DNA from: Phaeosaccion multiseriatum
Taxonomy: Eukaryota > Protista > Ochrophyta, other classes
Assembly (NCBI GenBank): GCA_965112735.1
Contig: OZ218950.1
Coordinates: 5,766,001-5,830,000, forward strand
Length of the DNA: 64,000 bases
Reading direction: 5' to 3'
The notes beneath the pieces are model-generated. The model saw only the letters and a list, made by a program, of their open reading frames with translations. It was not told where the DNA came from and did no database searches. A program made the position numbers and the translations under genes. This document shows positions 51,959-64,000 of this stretch, one piece after another (within the stretch, counting starts at the first letter, position 1; every line of letters starts with the position of its first letter).

Positions 51959-54745
51959 AAGAACTCATTCGATTCACTCGAAGACCGGTCGACGACCTTC
52001 TGAGGATCGACCTGTTGCTGCTGCTGCTGCGGCTGCTGCGGCTGCTGCAGCATGTCGTGGTCAGGCATATGGGTATACTGAGCTGCCCACTGGAACAGCT
52101 GCTGCCCCGACCTTAGCGCTGAGGTCCTTCGTCCACCGTACCCAATTCCATCCCCCAGACTACTCCCTCCCGCGGAAGAAGAAGAAGCTTCATCGAAGGA
52201 GACGTCGCTGTCTCTCTCCAACTCGTCGTCGTCCTCGTCTTCGTCATCATCGTCCTCGTCATTCTCGTCATCAGACATCTCCTCCTGGCCCATTAGGGAG
52301 CTATAGCAGAAAAGGGGAGATGGAAGAAAAGGAGGGGGGTTAGGTTTTGGTATCAGACATTGTGAGCTCTTTGCTTCGGCTGAAAAGAGGTAAGACAAGA
52401 TAGAGATCGGCCGTCAAGGGGAGAGAGAGAGAAGAGAGAGAGACATAAATAGAAAGACGAGAGAGAGAGAGAGGGAGGGAGGGACGGAGAGAGGGAGAGA
52501 CGCTGTGACTGTGACCGAGACGTGTGATGTGACTGACCCATACCTCAGGTGGTGTGCAACTGCCCTGAGCTCGAGCAGCGCCAGACTCTCTCGGAAGGAG
52601 GGGAAGGCAGCACACGCCGCCGCTAACATGTCCCCCAACAGGCCCTTCTGGACACGCAGCATACTGACGAGGAGGAGGACAAGGAAAAGGACAAGGAGAA
52701 GGAGGTGGGGACGTCCATGTCATTCAGACAGGCTGCTCAAGATCATCCTCTAACGTAATTGGAACAGCAGCCAGTCAGCATCAGAGCATTTGAAGGGAAG
52801 ACAGGTGTGGGGGAGACACAGTGCAGTGATTGATGGCAGACAAGAGACAAGAGAGAGAGGGAGGCGGGGAGAGAGAGACGAGAGAGAGAAGAAAGGAGAG
52901 GGAGGGAGAGAGAGAAGATAGATAGATAGACAGAGAGAGAGAATAAATACACACCCGGACCTCCTGCGGGTGGTATCGCTGTTCGCGTCTGGCAAGTAGC
53001 TGAAGTGGAGCTGCGGGTGTTTGAGGCGAGCAGCCAGGCTCAGCATGGCATGTGTGTGTTGGAACATACGCCCAATCTCCGTCCCTCCTCCTGCAGACGC
53101 AACAGACTGTTGCTGCTGCTGCTGCTGCTGTATCACCAACTGCTGCTGCCCCTGACCAACCATCCTATCGAAGCTGCTGACACTACCACTGACATAGCTG
53201 CTGTTCTCGGCCTCGGCGCTAACAAGGTATGCTCTGTGCACCCGCAATACCTACAGGAAGAGAGAGAGAGAGAGAGAGAGTCAGTCACCGTTTGCATCAC
53301 GAGGTGGCCAGGGGTGGCAGTTGAAGGAGCTCAGAAGGAAGGGGCGTACATTTGCTCACTTGCTTGCTTCATTCAGCAAAAAGCACAGTTGGCACATTTC
53401 GTCCACACACCTCCACATACCAACCTCTCATACACACACCCACAAACCACAAACCACCCCCACCCCCCACACACCCACACACACGCATCCACACCCCCTC
53501 ATTCTCACCTGAAAGTACGCTTGCAGGATGTCCACGCAGCTGTCGAGGTCCTTTGAGCGTGCGGTAGCGAGGGCAGCATCGAGAAATACTCGGGTAGAGG
53601 CCGGACTGAGGAGGCCTCTCTTGCGGTTGCTCCTGCTATTGCCATGGCCATTGCTATTGCTAACCCCTTGACCTTGACCTTGACCTTGACCTTGAGCTTG
53701 AGCTTGAGCTTGGCCTTGGCCTCTAACCGATGATGAGCTGGATGATGCCGGTGCTGCTCCGGCGACACTTACACTGGTACCACTGACACTGCCCTCCTCA
53801 AGCTCGCGTAGTACGCGCTGTACCTCCTTGTGGAGCACCAACAGGCTAGTCCGCTCGCCTTCAGAAGAAGGAGCAGCCCTGGCCCTAGAAGAGGGCTGCT
53901 GCCGCGGAATCCCTCCTCCCCCTGCTCCTCCTCCTCCTCCTCCTCCTCCTCCTCCTCCTCCTCCTCCTCCTCCTCGCCTTGCTCTCGCCGCTGCTCCACA
54001 TACTCCTCCTATTCCTCCTCCTCCTGGTGGGTCCTGCGTCCTCTGATCGATCTGATCGACAGGGACCGAAGAGGGAGGATCTTCTTCCGAGGCCAGCCCC
54101 GCCAGCCATCTGACCATCCAGTGCCCGTGCAACGCACGTCCTCCTCCCTCCAACCGTAGGCTATACAGATGGCAGGCACGAGGGTAGCGAATGATCCGCA
54201 GGGCTGGTGCGTCCTCTCCACGAACGACTTTGCTCACAACCTTGCAGGACTCCGGGATGGCATGGTTCGAAGAAAGCCCACCGCCACCTCCTCTGTTGCT
54301 GTTGCCGGCGGTGTCTCTCACATCCCTCTCCCGACCGGCCGAGTTGCCTTGGCTCGAACCCTCGTCGAGGCTGTTGACCCCACCGCCGCCCTTCAAGAGC
54401 ATTCGAAAGCCCTGTTTGTTGTGCATCATCGTGTAGAAGGAGGGGAGACGGAGAGAGGCATCGACACACATGCGCAGCACACACACACACACATTGTACT
54501 TGAGGTTAGAGAAAGGGTGGGCCCAAGTGCTCTCGGGTGCATGATGATGAATGAGCATGGCTACAGAGTGAGAGAAGGGGGTGTGCAAGTGCTTCGCTCG
54601 TAGTCTCTCTATCTCTATCTCTCTATCTCTCTCTTCTCTCTCTCCTAATCTTCTCTGAATCGCGCACACCCGAACTGGCACTTACATGGGCGATGACTGA
54701 GCGGGAATGCTCTGGAGACCCGTGTGATCCAAACAGCTCTCTGAG

Positions 54746-54777
<32 letters not shown>

Positions 54778-56431
54778 CACATACACAAGAGAGTGTGGTG
54801 AGGAAGCGTGGGAGTAGAGCAGAGGAAGAGGACAGCACACCAAAGTAGAGCAAGCAGAGCAGAGCACGCTTCCGGCCTCAGCCTCACCTATCCCAGTCAT
54901 CAGCCCCCCCTGTTCCGTAGTCGCTGCTCTCGTCCTCGGCCTCTTCCCTCTGTCTAGCGAGCTCCACCACGTCACTGAGATCATCACTGTCGTTGACGGA
55001 GGAGCCGAATCGATAGGCCTGAGACCCGGCCGATTCCATGTTCATGTTCGCCGCGGCCACGAGCTGGCTTCGCTTGCTATTGAGTCCAAACTCCTCGTCC
55101 CAGTCTTCCTCTTCCTCTTCTTCGTCTCCACCTCCCGAGCCGCTGTTGTCGTCCCCGCGCTCTCCCCGGGTTATGTCACTGAAGGCGTCGTCGTCTCCCT
55201 CGTTGCGCCCCTGCCCATAAGACTGCCTCTGGCTCTGCCTCTGCTGCTGCTGCTGCTGCTGTTGCTGCTGTTGCTGCCGCCGCCGCCGCCGCCGCTTCGG
55301 CTCCAACCCTCCCCAGACCCCTCGGCGATCACTCTCCCCTCCTGCTCCTTGGGCCCGCTGCGGCTGATTCGAGGAGCCCCCTTGTGCCCCGGATGAATGT
55401 TGCCCGGAGCTGAGAGAACCAATGTCTTGGTCGTCGTCGTCGTCGTCGTCGTCGTCGTCCTCACCACCGTCCTCATCATCGTCTTCGTCGTCACTAAAGC
55501 CGCCTTGCTCCGCCTCCGCCGCAATGTCGGTGAGGCGGACCCTATCGCTCCCCACTCCCCCCCCACGCCCTGTCGCGCCACTGTCGCCCCCCACGGAAGC
55601 CATGGAAGATACAGTGGGGGAGAACATGTGATGGTCATCATCCTCACCACTGAAGGCGGTCGAGGTGCCCAAAGGCGAGAAGTGAAAGCGGAGGGACTGC
55701 GATGTTCTCCCCTCCTGCCCCCCCACCGTGACTCCGGTGCCCACCGTGTCCAAGGTGTTGGAGTTGCTGACATAACTAGCGGCCTCTCCATCCACTTCCT
55801 CCACACCGAGGTCAATTCCCCAGTCATCTTCGTCCTCGTCGTCATCATCATCATCATCGTCGTCGTCGTCGTCCTCATCTTCATCATCCTCATCAAAGCG
55901 ACGGCTGATGTCGCTCTCATCCGTTTCTTGTCTATCTTCTCCTGCCCCTCCTCCTCCTCCTCCTCCTCCTCCTTGAGGGTGCTTCTTGTCTCCACCACCC
56001 CCACCACCGCCTCCTTGGTCGAAGTCGCTATCACTGTCTTCAAACATTCCATCTTCTGCCGCTCGTTTCAAGCTCTCTACCGTCTGCCTTGTCCCCTGCA
56101 TAACCACCTCGTTGATCCTCTGAAGGGACGGAGATGGTACAGTCGCAACCACCCGGGCGCGAGTAGATGCTGGCCTGTCTCCCGGCTCCGCATCATCCCA
56201 GCCTGCAAAGTCAAAGTCGTCTGACCAGTCTTCTGAGCCCCCAGTAGGATTAGCAGCCACACCGACAATGGCCTGTGGGGCGAGGGGAGGGGACTGTCGC
56301 CCTTCCATGCTCCCAGCCCCGCCATCTCCAACGCTTCGCCCCCCCGCCGCCGCTCCCACCCCTGCGCCCCCACCTCCTTCTTCTTCCCCTTCTCCCCCTA
56401 AAGTGGCTTTCACAGCCACAGCATTTTCCAT
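33190..56431 (-). CDS. Giant low-complexity protein (~17 exons, roughly 6,000 aa): acidic N-terminus, TPR-like repeats, DENN (Rab-GEF) domain and C-terminal PH domain; one apparent frameshift at ~36745
   Basis: A chain of long minus-strand ORFs bounded by GT-AG sites. TPR-like helices: LEKLGDVLLKNGKYEYAIHTLERAL and MSRMLMEQGWYLEAEQYLRVA. cDENN: LVNALLLEQPVLLV...ALLRLILPLEW...QPFLMG and VTIVDLNEGVV. dDENN: LFCILANLFQPY...RPFLRALLSTRHVAQFL. PH: KKRWCVLDATRFTYF...VKGHL...ESWVRALK. The start codon and the single-gene model are inferred; not every junction was phase-checked. Confidence 0.7.
45155..45216. repeat. 12-bp coding repeat (GCCCATGTGACT)x5 encoding (QSHG)n in the giant gene
   Basis: Direct reading; ORF 44958..45542. 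Confidence 0.9.
45826..46235. repeat. Complex CT-rich intronic repeat
   Basis: Recurring CTCCCTCACTTCCTCTCT units. Confidence 0.85.
47200..47590. repeat. Complex GA-rich intronic repeat
   Basis: Recurring GATCGAGAGAGGGAGTGAGGGAG units. Confidence 0.85.
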
Positions 56432-56792
56432 CAGAATCCCAGGCACTCGCACTCTCGCGCGGGTACAGCTCTGTCTGTTCGCCTCCTTCTCATGCTGCTG
56501 CTGCTCCCCTGTGCCATCCCCCCCTTCAGGACATCCGACGTTGCTACACGTTGCACCGGGCTGTACAAAGAATGTACGTAGCAAGATACAATGGCGGAGA
56601 ACGGTCTTTCAGGAGTGCCGGCCTGCTTCGCAGAAGAGGCAGCAGGGTGTCATCTACAAGCCAAAAAAGAAGGGAAGGAGATGAAAAAAAAAGGAATAAA
56701 ATGCCCATACACTCCCACATGTCGTAGTTTCATCACATGTCGTGGAAAAAAAAAGTGAGAAAAAAGAAAAAAGACTGGAGAAAATGATAAAA

Positions 56793-57157
56793 TGGCGTCA
56801 AATCAAAGGGCGTCAAACAGGGTTTTAAAGTGGGTAAAAAAGAAAAAGAGGGGTTCAAAAGTCGTCAAATGTCGTCAAAGTAATCGTCATTTGGCGTCAA
56901 AAAAATATACTGTGATTTCGCGGTTTGAGTGGCACTGACGCCCCGTGAATTTTTTTTGACGCCAAATGACGATTACTTTGACGATGTTTGACGACTCTTG
57001 AACCCCTTTTTTACCCACTTTAAAGCCCTGTTTTAAAGTGGGTAAAAAAAGGAAAAAGGGGTTCAAACCTCGTCAAACGTCGTCAAAGCAATCGTCATTT
57101 GGCGTCAAAAAAAATTCACGGGGCGTCAAAAGTGCCAATCAACCGCGAAATCACAGT
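56793..57157. mobile_element. AT-rich palindromic, MITE/foldback-like element (direct-inverted-direct copies of a ~125-bp unit)
   Basis: 56909-57033 and 57031-57157 are near reverse complements with ends ACTGTGATTTCGCGGTT / AACCGCGAAATCACAGT. A partial third copy lies at ~56815-56905. CGTCAAA recurs many times. No clear target-site duplication. Confidence 0.55.
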
Positions 57158-57321
57158 CGTAATAAATGATATTATGAGCGAGACCCAACAAAAGACACGT
57201 GCGGACCAAACTCCAAAGCAGGAGCGGTTAAATATAAAAAGACTGTGGTATACATTTACAAAATTTGCTGTTTACAGACGGGGAAGGGGGGAAGGAGGGG
57301 CCTCCGTCATCTTCTCATCTA

Positions 57322-60089
57322 TCATGCAAGTCCGGCTCCCTCACTACTCTCTTCTTCCTCTTCATCTTCTTCTTCTTCCTCTTCTTCGTGTCGTCTTCTT
57401 GGCACTAGGCGTTGCCGGCACAGAGGACATGAGGCGTTGAGACGGAGCCACTCGTCTATACAAGCCTGGTGGATAGCGTGGGCGGGGTTGCAAGGTAGGC
57501 ACCTCAGCAGATCGGTCGGTTGGTACTCTGAAAGACAAATCGGGCAGGAGGCTTCTCCATCTTCCCCATCGGGTGCTTCCAGAACGCCTTGACTCTTGAG
57601 CTGGCTGTAGCTCACTGTGGGAGCAGCGAAGGATGGAGGGGTCGAATGTTAATGTGGAGGGTTAACAGGGGCGCGGCAGACCGGTTAGCCAACACGACAC
57701 CTGACATACGACAAACTGGTTCATAACATTCGCTGTACTTGCTCGTTCGCCTCTGTTGGTGCTCTACCGCCACAGCTACTCTCTCACTTACTCCCTCACT
57801 CCCTCACTCACTCACTCACCCACTCAATCCCTCCCTCCCTCAGTACCTCACTCACTCACTCACTCATTCACCCACGCCCTCACTCACGCACCCACCCCGC
57901 CACTCACTCATTCACTCACTCACTTACTCACTTATTCACTCACTCAATCACTCACTCACTCACGCACGCACGCACTCACCGAGGGGAAGGCTATTGATGA
58001 CTCGCTTGGACGCCCCCTTGAGCGGCCCAATCCCGTTGAGATTGAGCATGGACAAGACGCGAATGAGACAAGGTAAACATAAACACATCATCGGCACCAG
58101 GATGATGGCGAGGATGCAAGGCAGCGTGATGTGGAGATACGAGATCGCCAGCATCACCACGTCCAGGATGTAAATGGCAGAGCGGCCGGGGTTCTCGCAA
58201 CTGTGAGGGGGGTTGGGGGTGGGGGTGGAGGTGGGGAAGACAGACACGGATATGGGAGGGGAGGGGAGGGCAAGGGAGGCGAGGGTTCATTCAGAGGAGT
58301 CAACAACAGGGATAAAGGTCAAGACCTGCCTACAAGTGAGCGACTGTGACTGTGACGGGCCTCCACCCCCCCCCTCCACATGAGCTTATGCTTTCCTCCT
58401 GCTGTGCTTCACACCGCCCTTCCCCCCCCCCCCCCTCTCTCTCCATCTGCCATGTGGGAAGGCCCCGAGTAAGCAGCTCAGCAAGCAAGCAAGCAAACAC
58501 AAGACAAAGGATATGAGTCTAGTCTCGCTGCAGTAACTCCCAATGCCGCTTGACTCTTGTCAAGCAAGACGCAAGGAGCAGCAGCAGTGAGTAGTACAAA
58601 TACGTACGTGTCTCCATGCGCAAATAGCCACATGTTGCCCACAACGAACCAAATGAGGCCAAACGCGTCAATCGAGTTTCTCGTATTCTCAGAGCGAAGC
58701 CAATCCCACCCCCTGGCCAGCTCGATCTCCAAGCTGATGAGGAGGATGCAGGTGGTGTAGAGGGAGAGTTGTGCCAACGAAACTATGCCCCACCACCGCC
58801 AGCGGTTGCGATGGGACTGGTCACACACCGTGTCATCCGTCCAGTGGAGTCCCAACACCACCGTTGCTGCCACGATCTGTTGTGGGGATAGAGAGGCAGG
58901 GGTGGAGGGGTGGAGGGGCATTTAATTGACTTAATCGGGGTGGAGGGGTGGAGGGGAAGACAAGAGAGAGGCGAGAGGGTGTTGAACGAGTGGGCCGGTG
59001 AGATTAAGAGGTATACCGGGAGAGAGGGGCCAACGAGCGAAGGTAGCGAATGTGCATGGCTCCTCGCGGCTGCTCAAGGGGGGGGGGGTGGGCATGTATC
59101 GCGCTATTCGCAGACCTCTTCTCGCTCTCACCTCTGTTGTGGGGTACAACAGCAGCAGCGGCAGCAGCAGCAGCAGCAGCAGCGGCGGCGCATAATAGCA
59201 GGTCCGTAGGTAGGAATGGACACGAGGGAGGCAAGCAAGTGGAGCTCATCAGCCCAACAGGGAGTGAGTGACAATATGACGTGGGCGACACTGCAAAGAT
59301 GCGCACATTGATTCCTTTCCTTTCCACCCGTCCATCATAGTATCCGTCCACCAACTGCCAGCACCACACCCGCACAACCAGCTCCAAGCACGGCACCATA
59401 GCATTTTCGTTGCCTACCTGGAATGTTGATGAGCTTCGGGGGGAGAGGACACACAGGCACACAGAGAGAGGGAGGGGTTGAAGTGGGGCATCGATTCCTA
59501 TGATTGTGATCCTGCCAAAGAAGGAGGCATACAAAGTAAGACAAGAAAAGACGTCCGTACCAGCATAATCATAACGAAGATTCGGCCGTCGTAGATGGTC
59601 GTCCTCACCGCGTTCTCCATCATGTTCCTGAGGGGGCGAGGAGGGGAAAGGAAGTAAGTTTGCCGATTCCTCCTCCCCGAGGACAAAACAATGAGAAAGA
59701 AGCCAAGAGGAGAGAGGGAGAGAGAGACAAACACACACACAGAGAGAGAGGGAGATAAAAGGAAGAAAGGCATGCGCTGGACACAGCAAGAAGAAGAAAA
59801 GGAAGGGGGAGGAGAGAGAGAGAGAGAGAGGAAAGGGAGGAGGGCACGTCATGGAGTCAGGAAGGTATGAGGGCGAGTAGGGTTTCAGATCTGGAAAAGA
59901 TGCTGACCTGCGAAGTTCTAAGCCCTGATCTGCCAGTAGTGGCACAGGTTGCTCCTGTACGAGTGGAGAATCCTCCCCTCCCCCATAGACAGGGCCTCGC
60001 CCTTGTTCAGCGACCAAAGGGGAAAATTCATTCCCCACATTGATCGCGTTGACGGTACGGCCCACCGATATTTCCCTGGCCGCACTCAT
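57322..60089 (-). CDS. Transmembrane RING-H2 E3 ubiquitin ligase; 5' exons uncertain
   Basis: C-terminal RING-H2: CPICLSEY...LRCLPCNPAHAIHQACIDEWLRLNASCPLCR. Upstream are transmembrane exons (DAFGLIWFVVGNMWLF; LPCILAIILVPMMCLCLPC) and KGASKRVINSLP. Confidence 0.85.
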
Positions 60090-60411
60090 CTAAAATCTAC
60101 CCCAGCTACAGCACTACAAGATCTTAGAAGAGAGGGAGGAGAGAAAGAGAGGGGAGGAGAGGGGGATTTCTCAGTGTGAGTTTCAGCTGGGTGACGTTTC
60201 GATATCGACCTTGTTGAACAACAAAAATGGAGCTTCTCTCCCAAAAGTCTGTTGATTGATTTATTGGTTAAGGTATAATGTAACAGCACAGAACAGAACC
60301 TTCAGGACGGAGAGGAGGAGAGTGCTGCTCTGCCTGTGAGGCCGGTCTGTGAGGCTGCTCACAGATGGCAGGGCTAAAGGGCCCTTAGCGACGCGCATAA
60401 AGCAGTGGATT

Positions 60412-63981
<3,570 letters not shown>

Positions 63982-64000
63982 CGCCTCTCCCTCTAGTACA

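Overview
Gene-dense, intron-rich, GC-rich eukaryotic nuclear DNA packed with microsatellites. Two genes have a signal peptide followed by an ASAF-like plastid leader, which points to a photosynthetic stramenopile (inference). I reconstructed ten spliced genes by hand: plastid arogenate/prephenate dehydratase (-), SKP1 (-), a DUF1295 membrane protein (+), nucleoside diphosphate kinase (+), a GIGYF-like GYF protein (+), an AAMP/Sqt1-like WD40 protein (-), a parvulin-rhodanese fusion (+), a ~23 kb TPR-DENN-PH gene of roughly 6,000 aa (-), a transmembrane RING-H2 E3 ligase (-) and an NRF-6-like acyltransferase (-). Most listed ORFs are off-frame or antisense readings of these genes or of simple repeats. 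Three things are not explained by the genes. (1) The 15-mer CAGTTGGTGATACAG has at least 10 exact copies. Most sit in or beside CAG tracts of exons and are read in two different frames, which suggests a DNA- or RNA-level element. (2) A 3.3 kb intergenic block (about 4.45-7.75 kb) holds a scrambled clan-CE (Ulp1/adenain-like) protease relic and several fold-back duplications. (3) An AT-rich palindromic, MITE-like element lies at about 56.8-57.2 kb. I found no rRNA, tRNA or CRISPR array. All domain calls come from motif recognition by eye, not database searches.
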